A stretch of DNA of 64,000 bases from Paludibacteraceae bacterium (lineage in GTDB: Bacteria > Bacteroidota > Bacteroidia > Bacteroidales > Paludibacteraceae), in assembly GCA_051870995.1 (NCBI GenBank), contig JBJECK010000036.1, forward strand, positions 4,742 through 68,741, in the 5' to 3' direction. Under the pieces are notes generated by a model. It worked only from the letters and a program-made list of their open reading frames with translations. It was not told where the DNA came from and made no database searches. The stretch's first letter is position 1. Each line of letters starts with the position of its first letter. The translations under genes were made by a program, and so were the position numbers. Positions 7,194-16,593 of the stretch are shown here, in pieces.

Positions 7194-8507
7194 GTGCACA
7201 AAGGAGAGATTGACATAATCACGTTGGGGTGCTCCAAGAACCTCGTGGATGCCGAGCGGCTGATGCGCCGCTTGGAGGCTGCCGGCTGGCGTTGTGTCCA
7301 CGACGCGGAGAAGCCGAACGGCGAGATAGCCGTCATCAACACCTGCGGATTTATCGGCGATGCCAAGGAAGAGAGTATTCAGACCATCTTGGAGTTCGCC
7401 GCACGCAAGACGCACAAGCGGATGAAGAGGCTGTATGTCATGGGCTGCCTCAGCGAACGCTATCTGCACGAGCTGGAGGAAGAAATACCTGAGGTGGATA
7501 GCTGGTACGGCAAGTTCGACTTTATGGGGCTTGCAGATGCTATCGGGACGGCAGCTGAGGCGGAGCAGGCAGGCTGTCTGGCGCCCTACGAACGCACGCT
7601 GACCACGCCGAACCATTACGCTTATCTGAAGATATCCGAGGGTTGCAACCGCTATTGCTCCTATTGCGCCATCCCGCTTATTACGGGCAAGCATACCTCG
7701 CGCCCCGAAGAAGAGATACTGGACGAGGTGCGTTGGCTCGTCGGACAAGGGGTGAAAGAGCTGAATATCATCGCGCAGGACTTGTCCAGCTACGGACTCG
7801 ACCTATACGGAGAACATCGCTTGCCGCAGTTGGTGGAAGCAATAGCCCAAACGCAGGGTGTCGAATGGATCAGGCTCCACTACGCCTACCCGACCGACTT
7901 CCCCGAGCAACTGCTGGACGTGATGGCGCGTTACCCGAACGTATGCAAGTACTTGGACATAGCGCTCCAACATTGCTCCGACCACATGCTCGGGCTGATG
8001 CGCCGCCATATCACCCGTACCGAACAAGATGCGCTCATACGCCATATCCGCGAGGCTGTGCCGGGCATCTGCATCCGCACCACGCTCCTCGTGGGACACC
8101 CGGGAGAGACGGAAGAAGACTTCGAAGAACTGAAGGCTTGGGTGCGCCTGATGCGCTTCGACCGCATGGGAGCCTTCGCCTACTCTGACGAAGAGGGCAC
8201 GTATGCCAACCGCCATTATACCGACGACATACCGCAAGCCGTCAAAGAACAACGCGTAGCGGAGATAATGGCGATACAGCAGGATATATCCCGCGAACTG
8301 CAGGAAACCAAGGTAGGGTGCGTTGAAAGGGTGATTATCGACCGCGAGGAGGGGGATTACTACGTGGGACGGACGCAGTACGATTCGCCGGAGGTGGACT
8401 GCGAAGTGTTGATAGACAAGCGAGAAATGCTCCGCCCGGGGACTTTCTACAACGTAGAAATAACGAAGGCGGAAGAATTTGACCTGTACGGACAGGTAAA
8501 ACATTGA
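7194..8507 (+). CDS. rimO: Ribosomal protein S12 methylthiotransferase RimO (radical SAM)
   Basis: 437 aa with an N-terminal IDIITLGCSKNLVD...INTCGF motif, the radical-SAM motif CNRYCSYC and a TRAM-like C-terminus. The start is GTG. Confidence 0.9.
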   Translation: MHKGEIDIITLGCSKNLVDAERLMRRLEAAGWRCVHDAEKPNGEIAVINTCGFIGDAKEESIQTILEFAARKTHKRMKRLYVMGCLSERYLHELEEEIPEVDSWYGKFDFMGLADAIGTAAEAEQAGCLAPYERTLTTPNHYAYLKISEGCNRYCSYCAIPLITGKHTSRPEEEILDEVRWLVGQGVKELNIIAQDLSSYGLDLYGEHRLPQLVEAIAQTQGVEWIRLHYAYPTDFPEQLLDVMARYPNVCKYLDIALQHCSDHMLGLMRRHITRTEQDALIRHIREAVPGICIRTTLLVGHPGETEEDFEELKAWVRLMRFDRMGAFAYSDEEGTYANRHYTDDIPQAVKEQRVAEIMAIQQDISRELQETKVGCVERVIIDREEGDYYVGRTQYDSPEVDCEVLIDKREMLRPGTFYNVEITKAEEFDLYGQVKH

Positions 8508-8521
8508 TTTTGGTTCAGACT

Positions 8522-8800
8522 ATGCTAACAAAAAATCTGATAGCCAATGTAGCTACGGCTACGGGCATGACAAGAAAGCGGGCAGAAGAGATGCTTAACA
8601 CCACCACAGCCGTGATGCGTGAGGCGCTTATGTCCGGCAAAACCATATCCGTACAGGGAGTGGGTACATTGGAAGTGAGACAAAGAGGCGAGCGCACCAT
8701 TGTGCATCCCCGTACGGGAGAAAAGGGCATCATTCCCGCTAAGAACCAGCTCTATTTCAAGCCGTCAGGCACTATCAAAGACGAACTAAAACGATTGTAG
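8522..8800 (+). CDS. HU/IHF-family DNA-binding protein
   Basis: 92 aa from the ATG at 8522. The sequence LTKNLIANVATATGMTRKRAEEML...GVGTLEVRQRGERTIVHPRTGE has a typical HU fold and arm. The upstream in-frame extension overlaps the rimO stop and is unlikely to be real. Confidence 0.85.
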   Translation: MLTKNLIANVATATGMTRKRAEEMLNTTTAVMREALMSGKTISVQGVGTLEVRQRGERTIVHPRTGEKGIIPAKNQLYFKPSGTIKDELKRL

Positions 8801-8803
8801 GCT

Positions 8804-9970
8804 ATGATGGAGAAACTTAGTTGGACGGACCTGCGCCGTGCCCTCATAGAGCGGACGGGTGCGGATGAGAAAGAAGCAACCCTCTTTCTCAATGCCTTGG
8901 CTGAACAGATCAAAGAGGCGCTGCGCACAGACAAACAAGTCAAGATAAACGGATTGGGCACTTTCCGCCTGCAATCGGTTGCACCCCGCAAGAGTGTCAG
9001 CATAGCTAGCGGAGAAAGCATCACTATTGATAGCTACAACAAGGTAGTCTTTGCGCCGGAAATAGGTATCAAGGAGCTGGTGGAGAATAATCCCATTGAG
9101 CAGCCCGAAGAAGCCATAAATCCTCTGCAGAAGTTAGGGCAGCAGGCCGATGAAATAATCGACATCTTGGCAGACCTGGGGCAAGGACCACGCGCAAATA
9201 AGCAACCCGCCCCCGAACCTGAGCAGACGGCAACCAATCCTATTGCGGAAAAAGAAGAAGAGGTGTCTCCTGCACCCGCAGAGGAGACAAAAGAAGAATC
9301 TGTTACGCCTACAGATGTAGTAGAGCAAGCCGAGCCTGCCGAACCTGAGCAGACATCGGAACCTGCGAAGGTACAGGAGGAGCCGCAGCCTGCAGTTATC
9401 CCGCCGACACCCGCGCAGGAGCAACCGCAAGCCCCTGCTCCGTCCAAGCCGAAACGCAAATACCATTTCCTGCGTGATACGCTTATCTGCACGATATGTA
9501 TTCTGCTCCTTTTGCTGGGAGGCTACTTCTTCCTGCGCGAGCAGTTGGCAAGTTGGGTCAACTCCTTGTCGCAGAAGCAGACTCCGGTTATCGAGGTAGT
9601 GGATACGCTCGCCGTTCCCGTAGCTACGGAGACCGACAGCACAGCCGTAGATTCCGAGCCGACAGACCAACAGCAAACCGATACCGCGGCAACGGTTTTG
9701 CCGCCGGCATACACTCGTTTCCTTGCTACGGAGAACATCCGCGAGGGTAGCCGCCTTTCGTGGCTCGCCTATCGCTACTATGGCAATAAAGAACTATGGG
9801 TATTCATCTACGATGCCAACAAGGAGCATCTGTCCGACCCGAATCAAATCAAGACGGGGACGCCCATACGCATCCCCGAACTGACGACGGAGCAGATGGA
9901 TACATCCAATATACAAACCCGTGCCCTGATAGAAGCCTTGAAAACGGCTGCAAATGCCAAAACGCATTGA
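8804..9970 (+). CDS. Membrane-anchored HU-like domain protein with a Pro/Glu-rich linker, one TM helix and a C-terminal LysM-like domain
   Basis: The N-terminus LSWTDLRRALIERTGADEKEATLFLNAL...INGLGTFRL is HU-like. A P/E/Q-rich region of about 120 aa follows, then the TM segment LICTICILLLLLGGYFFL. The C-terminus GSRLSWLAYRYYGNKELWVFIYDAN...GTPIRIPEL is LysM-like. Confidence 0.7.
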   Translation: MMEKLSWTDLRRALIERTGADEKEATLFLNALAEQIKEALRTDKQVKINGLGTFRLQSVAPRKSVSIASGESITIDSYNKVVFAPEIGIKELVENNPIEQPEEAINPLQKLGQQADEIIDILADLGQGPRANKQPAPEPEQTATNPIAEKEEEVSPAPAEETKEESVTPTDVVEQAEPAEPEQTSEPAKVQEEPQPAVIPPTPAQEQPQAPAPSKPKRKYHFLRDTLICTICILLLLLGGYFFLREQLASWVNSLSQKQTPVIEVVDTLAVPVATETDSTAVDSEPTDQQQTDTAATVLPPAYTRFLATENIREGSRLSWLAYRYYGNKELWVFIYDANKEHLSDPNQIKTGTPIRIPELTTEQMDTSNIQTRALIEALKTAANAKTH

Positions 9971-12705
9971 GTAACGACGCAATACATATAGAAGGAGCAT
10001 CCACCCACAACCTCAAGCATATATCGGTTGATATTCCGCGCAACAAGTTGGTGGTCATTACGGGTGTGAGCGGCAGCGGTAAGTCATCGCTGGCGTTCGA
10101 TACGTTATACGCGGAGGGACAACGGCGCTACGTGGAGAGCCTCAGCGCATACGCAAGGCAGTTCCTCGGACGTATGCAGAAGCCCGAGGTGGACAAGATA
10201 GACGGTATCCCGCCCGCTATCGCTATCCAGCAAAAAGTCAGCAGCCGCAATCCCCGCTCTACCGTCGGTACGGTAACGGAGATATACGACTATCTCAAGT
10301 TGCTCTTCGCGCGCATCGGACACACATGCTCGCCTGTCAGCGGCAAGGAGGTGAAGCGTCACACTATACGTGACGTGGTTGGCTATATGGAAGCGCAACC
10401 GACAGGTACGCGTATCTATCTTATATCGCCCATTATCCTGCGCAATAGAACTCTGCAAGAACAGTTGTCTATATGGCAATCCGAGGGTTTTTCACGCCTT
10501 TTGTGGAACGGAGACGTCGTGCGGCTCAGCAGTACCGTTGCCGACCAGATAAGCGACAATCAGGGAAGACCGCACAAGCAAGCTTATCTCTTGGTTGACC
10601 GTATCGTTACCGACGGAGAGCCATCCAATTCCAATCGGTTCGCCGACTCGGTACAGACCGCTTTCTTCGAGGGAGACGGCGAGTGCGCGCTATGGATCAA
10701 CGGTGCATACGAGGTATTCTCCGAGCGTTTCGAAGCCGATGGCATCCGCTTTGCCGAACCAAGCGAGCACTTGTTCGATTTCAACAATCCCTTAGGCGCA
10801 TGCCCTACGTGCAAAGGCTTCGGTAATATCATCGGCATAGACCCCGATTTGGTTGTGCCCGATAAGTCGAAGTCTGTCTATGACGATGCTATCGCCTGCT
10901 GGCACGGGGAGAAAATGAGTGCCTGGCGCGACCGGTTGATATACAATGCCGCTAAGTTCGATTTCCCGATCCACAAGCCTTTCTACGAGCTGACCGCGGA
11001 GCAGCGGCAGCTTATCTGGACTGGAAACGAATACTTCCGTGGCTTGAACGACTTTTTCCAAGAGCTGGAGGCGAAGCAATATAGTAAGATACAATACCGC
11101 GTGATGTTGGCGCGCTACAAGGGAAAGACCGTCTGCCCCGACTGCAACGGTCTGCGCCTGCGCAAGGAGGCAAACTATGTCCTTGTCAATGGCAAGAGCA
11201 TATCCGACTTGTGCCTCATGCCTATCGACGACTTGGCACAGTGGTTCCGCGAGCTGCAATTGTCCGAGGTGGAGCAAAAGACTGCCGAAATGCTCTTGCA
11301 GGAAATCAACGCGCGTCTGCAATTCATGGAGGACGTCGGGCTTGGTTACCTTACCCTCCGGCGTATGAGCAGTACCCTTTCCGGCGGAGAAAGCCAACGC
11401 ATCAGTCTTGCCAAGTCCTTGGGAAGCAGTCTGGTAGGCTCGCTCTACGTATTGGATGAGCCCTCTATTGGCTTGCACCCGCGGGACACACAGCGACTGA
11501 TTCGCGTCCTCCGGGAGCTCCGCGATTTAGGCAACACCATAGTAGTGGTAGAGCACGACGAAGAAATCATCAAGTCCGCCGATTACACAATCGAAATAGG
11601 TCCTGCGGCTGGCAGAAACGGAGGAGAAATAACGTATGTGGGTCGGCCTAAGCCGGATGACTTCCTGCATATCGTTCCCGCTATGCGCCGTCCGTGGAAC
11701 AACTACATCGAGCTACACGGGGTTTGTGAGAACAATCTGAAGAACCTGACCGTGCGCTTCCCGCTCAATGTCATGACCGTTGTTACGGGCGTGAGCGGCA
11801 GCGGCAAGTCGTCCCTCGTGAGCAAGGTGCTCTATCCCGCGCTGAAGAAATACTATGGCGGAGTAGCCGAGCATACAGGCTCGTTTAGTACCCTCAACGG
11901 CAGCCTCCATCTGGCAAAGGACATCGAGTTCGTCGACCAGAACCCGCTCAGCCGCTCCTCGCGCTCTAACCCCGTTACATACCTCAAGGCATACGACGAA
12001 ATCCGTCGGCTCTACGCCGACCAACCATTGAGTAAGCAACTCGGATTCTCGCCCTCCCATTTCTCTTTCAATACGCCCGGAGGACGTTGCGAGCAGTGTC
12101 AGGGAGAAGGTACAATCACCATCGAGATGCAATTCATGGCGGACCTTGTCTTGGAGTGTGAGCAATGCCACGGCAAACGCTTCAAACAGGATGTGCTGGA
12201 TGTGCACTACCGCGGAAAATCCATCTACGACGTACTCACGATGACTATTGACGAGGCGGTTGACTTCTTCGCTGCCGATCCAGCATGCGACAAGATAGTC
12301 AAGCGACTCAAGCCCTTGCAGGACGTCGGCATCGGGTATATCCAACTGGGACAATCCAGTAGCACGCTGTCCGGCGGCGAGAGCCAACGCGTTAAGCTCG
12401 CTTCTTTCCTCGCGCAGGAAGATACACAGCCTACTATATTTGTCTTCGACGAACCTACTACCGGTCTCCACCACAAAGATATACAGGTCTTGCTCAAAGC
12501 GCTCAACCTGCTTATCGAAAGAGGACACACAGTGATTATCATAGAGCACAATCCCGATGTTATCCTTTCGGCGGACCATATCATCGATTTAGGACCGGAG
12601 GGAGGAAACGAAGGCGGGCATATAGTCTTCGAGGGAACGCCCGAACAGCTTGCTGAGTGTACAAACAGCTATACAGGTCAATATATCCAACAATTGCTAA
12701 ACTGA
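9967..12705 (+). CDS. uvrA: Excinuclease ABC subunit A (UvrA)
   Basis: IHIEGASTHNLKHISVDIPRNKLVVITGVSGSGKSSLAFDTLYAEGQRRY is the canonical UvrA N-terminus. Two ABC modules and zinc-finger Cys pairs are present. The nearest start to the conserved N-terminus is TTG at 9967. The ATG at 9796 would add 57 aa that overlap the upstream gene. Confidence 0.9.
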   Translation: MSNDAIHIEGASTHNLKHISVDIPRNKLVVITGVSGSGKSSLAFDTLYAEGQRRYVESLSAYARQFLGRMQKPEVDKIDGIPPAIAIQQKVSSRNPRSTVGTVTEIYDYLKLLFARIGHTCSPVSGKEVKRHTIRDVVGYMEAQPTGTRIYLISPIILRNRTLQEQLSIWQSEGFSRLLWNGDVVRLSSTVADQISDNQGRPHKQAYLLVDRIVTDGEPSNSNRFADSVQTAFFEGDGECALWINGAYEVFSERFEADGIRFAEPSEHLFDFNNPLGACPTCKGFGNIIGIDPDLVVPDKSKSVYDDAIACWHGEKMSAWRDRLIYNAAKFDFPIHKPFYELTAEQRQLIWTGNEYFRGLNDFFQELEAKQYSKIQYRVMLARYKGKTVCPDCNGLRLRKEANYVLVNGKSISDLCLMPIDDLAQWFRELQLSEVEQKTAEMLLQEINARLQFMEDVGLGYLTLRRMSSTLSGGESQRISLAKSLGSSLVGSLYVLDEPSIGLHPRDTQRLIRVLRELRDLGNTIVVVEHDEEIIKSADYTIEIGPAAGRNGGEITYVGRPKPDDFLHIVPAMRRPWNNYIELHGVCENNLKNLTVRFPLNVMTVVTGVSGSGKSSLVSKVLYPALKKYYGGVAEHTGSFSTLNGSLHLAKDIEFVDQNPLSRSSRSNPVTYLKAYDEIRRLYADQPLSKQLGFSPSHFSFNTPGGRCEQCQGEGTITIEMQFMADLVLECEQCHGKRFKQDVLDVHYRGKSIYDVLTMTIDEAVDFFAADPACDKIVKRLKPLQDVGIGYIQLGQSSSTLSGGESQRVKLASFLAQEDTQPTIFVFDEPTTGLHHKDIQVLLKALNLLIERGHTVIIIEHNPDVILSADHIIDLGPEGGNEGGHIVFEGTPEQLAECTNSYTGQYIQQLLN

Positions 12706-12713
12706 TTATTGTT

Positions 12714-14672
12714 ATGAACGCTAAAATGAAAGAACTCAAGAATTCGGATATGTTTGCGCACATCGAATCGCTCCACTACATGCCGCGTTGGGGAGTATTG
12801 TTGATAGATATCATGCTTTGTGCTATTGCTTTTGGCATAAGCATACTGATTGGGAATGGTATTTTCTCCTACGGCTTGCATTGCAGTGATGTGCTGCCTT
12901 TTTGGCAACAATTCTTGGTTGTTATGCTCGTGCAGATAGGCTGTTTTTGGCTATTCCAGTCCTATTCGGGCATCTTGCGTTATTCTACGTTTATTGATAC
13001 CGTCAAGTCGCTGTTCGCTGTGCTCACCTGCGGTGTAGCTATCCTTGCGTTCAACGGCATCTACATGGCTTTTAGCGGACAGAAATTGTTCCTCAACACG
13101 GCGTTGGTTATCTATATACCTATCGCTTTCGTCCTGCTTTTCTGCTTGCGGGTGGGTGTAAAAACGCTTTTTGAAACGATTAAGCAACAGCAATCCGGCA
13201 ACAAGAAAGTAATGATTTGGGGCACGAAGTCCGCCGGGGTGTCTATCGCAAAGATGTTGCGCAATGCCAGCGACAATTCCCTCTACCGCCCGGTCGGGTT
13301 TATCGGCGAGCAAGGAGAAGAGAAAGAGCACCACAGCATCGTCGGACTCCGCGTCTATCCGATGTCGGACAAGACGATACAATGGATGAAAGACCACAAT
13401 GTGCGTGATGTGATTGTGTCACCTATCAAGATGAGCCATATAAACCCCGCAAAGGACCTGCAGGTATTCTTCGACAACCATATCCATGTACTTACCACAC
13501 CCTATTTTACGGAATACGACCAGGATACAGATGTCAATGCGCAACGCATCGGCAAGATTGATTCCATCCAGATAGAAGACCTTTTGGAGCGTCCCGCTAT
13601 CCAGATAAATACCGACAACGTGCGCCAGATACTCCATGACCGTATCGTCATGGTGACAGGCGCTGCCGGTAGTATAGGCTCCGAACTCGTGCGACAAGTC
13701 CAGAAGTACCAACCCAAAGTGACTATCCTCCTCGAGCAGGCGGAGTCCCCTCTCCATGACCTTACGCTCGACTTGAAAGGACAATTCCCTGACTCTCGCT
13801 TTATTCCCCTCATCGGAGACATCCGCAACCGCGAACGTATGGAGGAAATCTTTAGCGAGTTCCGTCCCAATGTGGTCTATCATGCCGCTGCCTACAAACA
13901 CGTGCCCCTGATGGAATCCCACCCGAACGAGGCTATTCGCGCCAACGTTATGGGCACCAAGAACGTAGCGGACATGGCGCTTAAATACGGCAGCGAACGG
14001 TTTGTGATGATTAGTACCGACAAAGCCGTCAATCCTACCAACATCATGGGTGCCAGCAAGCGTATTGCAGAAATCTACGTGCAATCTTTGTTTAAAAAGA
14101 TGGTCAAGGAGAATCCCGACACTACCAAGTTTATTACAACTCGCTTCGGCAACGTCTTGGGGTCCAATGGCTCGGTTATCCCCTACTTTAAGAAGCAGAT
14201 TGCTGCCGGCGGACCGGTTACTGTCACCCATCCGGACATCATACGCTATTTCATGACCATCCCCGAAGCCTGCTGCTTGGTAATGGAAGCCAGTACGCTC
14301 GGCAACGGCGGTGAAATCTTTGCCTTCGATATGGGACACCCCGTGAAGATACTCGACCTTGCTAAGAACATGATACGCCTTGCGGGTTATATCCCCGGAG
14401 AGGAGATACCCATTGTCTTTACCGGTCTGCGACCGGGCGAAAAGCTCTATGAAGAGTTGCTCAACCAAAAGGAAACCACCCTGCCTACTTCCAACGAGAA
14501 GATTATGGTGGCGCGTGTACGCGAGTTTGAGTTCGATGTTGTCTCTCAACACATCCAAAAACTCATTCAGCTGACCGAGGAGAACAAACCCTTTATGACG
14601 GTTAGCGAGATGAAAGCCATCGTGCCGGAATACATTAGCAAAAACTCTATCTACGAACAATTAGACAAATAG
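12714..14672 (+). CDS. Polysaccharide biosynthesis protein, CapD/WbpM/PglF-type membrane-bound NDP-sugar 4,6-dehydratase/epimerase
   Basis: Four N-terminal TM helices precede an SDR Rossmann domain (VTGAAGSIGSEL, YHAAAYKHVP, STDKAV). The ATG at 12714 avoids overlap with uvrA. Confidence 0.85.
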   Translation: MNAKMKELKNSDMFAHIESLHYMPRWGVLLIDIMLCAIAFGISILIGNGIFSYGLHCSDVLPFWQQFLVVMLVQIGCFWLFQSYSGILRYSTFIDTVKSLFAVLTCGVAILAFNGIYMAFSGQKLFLNTALVIYIPIAFVLLFCLRVGVKTLFETIKQQQSGNKKVMIWGTKSAGVSIAKMLRNASDNSLYRPVGFIGEQGEEKEHHSIVGLRVYPMSDKTIQWMKDHNVRDVIVSPIKMSHINPAKDLQVFFDNHIHVLTTPYFTEYDQDTDVNAQRIGKIDSIQIEDLLERPAIQINTDNVRQILHDRIVMVTGAAGSIGSELVRQVQKYQPKVTILLEQAESPLHDLTLDLKGQFPDSRFIPLIGDIRNRERMEEIFSEFRPNVVYHAAAYKHVPLMESHPNEAIRANVMGTKNVADMALKYGSERFVMISTDKAVNPTNIMGASKRIAEIYVQSLFKKMVKENPDTTKFITTRFGNVLGSNGSVIPYFKKQIAAGGPVTVTHPDIIRYFMTIPEACCLVMEASTLGNGGEIFAFDMGHPVKILDLAKNMIRLAGYIPGEEIPIVFTGLRPGEKLYEELLNQKETTLPTSNEKIMVARVREFEFDVVSQHIQKLIQLTEENKPFMTVSEMKAIVPEYISKNSIYEQLDK

Positions 14673-14676
14673 CATC

Positions 14677-16473
14677 GTGCTCAGCGTAGAACATCTGTCC
14701 ATAGAATTTGCATCCCGTCCCGTCTTGGACGACATTTCGTTCATGGTCAACAAGAAGGACCGCATCGCCCTTGTGGGCAAGAACGGTGCAGGCAAGAGCA
14801 CCTTGCTGCGTCTCATCGCGGGCGAATACACTCCCACGGCAGGACGCATCTCGCGCGATGCGGACATGACTATCGGCTACCTCCCGCAGGTCATGATGCA
14901 CGTGGACGGCAAGACCCTCCGCGAGGACGTGCAGTCGGTTTTCGCCCACGAGCCCGCCGAGGAGCAAGCGCGCCGTATCGCCGAGATGGACAGGACCATC
15001 ATCGGCTTGGGCTTCGGGCGCAACGACTTCGACCGCCCATGCTCCGAGTTCTCCGGCGGCTGGCGCATGCGCATCGAACTGGCGAAGATACTCCTCCGCC
15101 ACCCCGATTTGCTCCTGCTCGACGAGCCCACCAACCACCTTGACATCGAGTCCATCCAGTGGTTCGAAGACTTCCTCCGCACCTCCCCGAGCGCCATCGT
15201 GCTCGTCAGCCACGACCGCAAGTTCATCGACAACGTGACCACCCGCACCATAGAGATTACCCTCGGGCGCATCTACGACTACAACGTCAACTACTCCCGT
15301 TTCCTCACCCTCCGCCAAGAGCGCCACGAGCAGCAGGTCCGCGCCTACCTCAACCAGCAGAAGATGATTCAGGAGACCGAGGACTTTATTGAGCGTTTCC
15401 GCTACAAGGCGACCAAAGCCGTGCAGGTGCAGTCGCGCATCAAGCAACTCGAGAAAATAGAGCGCATCGAGGTGGACATCGAGGACACCTCGCGCCTCAA
15501 CCTGCGCTTCCCTCCCGCCCCGCGCAGCGGCGATTTCCCCCTTATCATCGAAGATCTGCGCAAGGACTTCGGTGAGCATAATGTCTTCCACGACGTTACG
15601 TTCACCATCCGCCGCGGCGAGAAGGTGGCGTTCGTCGGCAAGAACGGCGAAGGCAAATCCACCCTCGTGAAGTGCATCATGGGGCAACTCGACTACATGG
15701 GCACGCTCAAGGTCGGGCACAACGTCAAGATTGGCTACTTCGCACAGAACCAGGCTGCCCTCTTGGACGAGAATCTTACGGTCTTTCAGACCATCGACTA
15801 CGTGGCGGTCGGCGACATCCGCACCAAGATACGCGACATCCTCGGCGCATTCATGTTCGGCGGCGAAGCTTCCGAGAAGAAAGTGAAGGTCCTCTCCGGC
15901 GGCGAACGCAGCCGTCTTGCTATGATTCGCCTCCTCCTCGAGCCCTGCAACCTCCTCATCCTCGATGAGCCCACAAACCACCTCGACATGCAGTCCAAAG
16001 ACGTACTCAAAGCCGCCTTGCAGGATTTCAACGGCACCGTCATCTGCGTCAGCCACGACCGCGATTTCCTCGACGGCTTGGTCAGCAAGGTCTATGAGTT
16101 CGGCGGAGGCTTGGTCCGCGAGCACCTCGGCGGCATCTACGACTTCCTCCAATCCAAGCGCATCGACTCCCTCCAAGAACTCGAGCGCAAGAATCTAACC
16201 TCAAACAGCGAAGCGGTCAAACCTCAAACAGCCACAGGCGGTCAACTATCCTATGCTGCACAGAAGGCGGAAGCCGCAGCGCGCCGCAAAAAGGAGAAGC
16301 AGATAGCGGAAACCGAAGCCGCCATCGCCCGCCTCGAAGCGGAGCAGAAAGCACTCGAAGAGACCATGGCATCCGACCCCGCACAGCAGACGCCCGAGAA
16401 CTTTCAACGCTACGAGCACATCAAACGCGAGATAGAGCAGAAACTATACGAATGGGAAATCCTGAGCGAATAA
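14677..16473 (+). CDS. ABC-F family ATPase (tandem ABC cassettes, no TM domain)
   Basis: Two Walker A motifs (GKNGAGKST, GKNGEGKST), two signature motifs (FSGGWRMR, LSGGERSR) and a C-terminal coiled-coil. The start is GTG. Confidence 0.9.
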   Translation: MLSVEHLSIEFASRPVLDDISFMVNKKDRIALVGKNGAGKSTLLRLIAGEYTPTAGRISRDADMTIGYLPQVMMHVDGKTLREDVQSVFAHEPAEEQARRIAEMDRTIIGLGFGRNDFDRPCSEFSGGWRMRIELAKILLRHPDLLLLDEPTNHLDIESIQWFEDFLRTSPSAIVLVSHDRKFIDNVTTRTIEITLGRIYDYNVNYSRFLTLRQERHEQQVRAYLNQQKMIQETEDFIERFRYKATKAVQVQSRIKQLEKIERIEVDIEDTSRLNLRFPPAPRSGDFPLIIEDLRKDFGEHNVFHDVTFTIRRGEKVAFVGKNGEGKSTLVKCIMGQLDYMGTLKVGHNVKIGYFAQNQAALLDENLTVFQTIDYVAVGDIRTKIRDILGAFMFGGEASEKKVKVLSGGERSRLAMIRLLLEPCNLLILDEPTNHLDMQSKDVLKAALQDFNGTVICVSHDRDFLDGLVSKVYEFGGGLVREHLGGIYDFLQSKRIDSLQELERKNLTSNSEAVKPQTATGGQLSYAAQKAEAAARRKKEKQIAETEAAIARLEAEQKALEETMASDPAQQTPENFQRYEHIKREIEQKLYEWEILSE

Positions 16474-16494
16474 AGATGTACACCTGTTAATCAC

Positions 16495-16593
16495 GTAGGA
16501 TATACGTAAGATATACGTAGGATACACGGAAGATAACCGAGATACAACCGAGAGATGCGCGAGAGACAACCGACACAATAAAAATATACTATG
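16495..16593. repeat. 11-nt-period tandem array (9 units) running up to and including the rhuM ATG
   Basis: The units read gtaggatatac gtaagatatac gtaggatacac ggaagataacc gagatacaacc gagagatgcgc gagagacaacc gacacaataaa aatatactatg. Confidence 0.85.
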
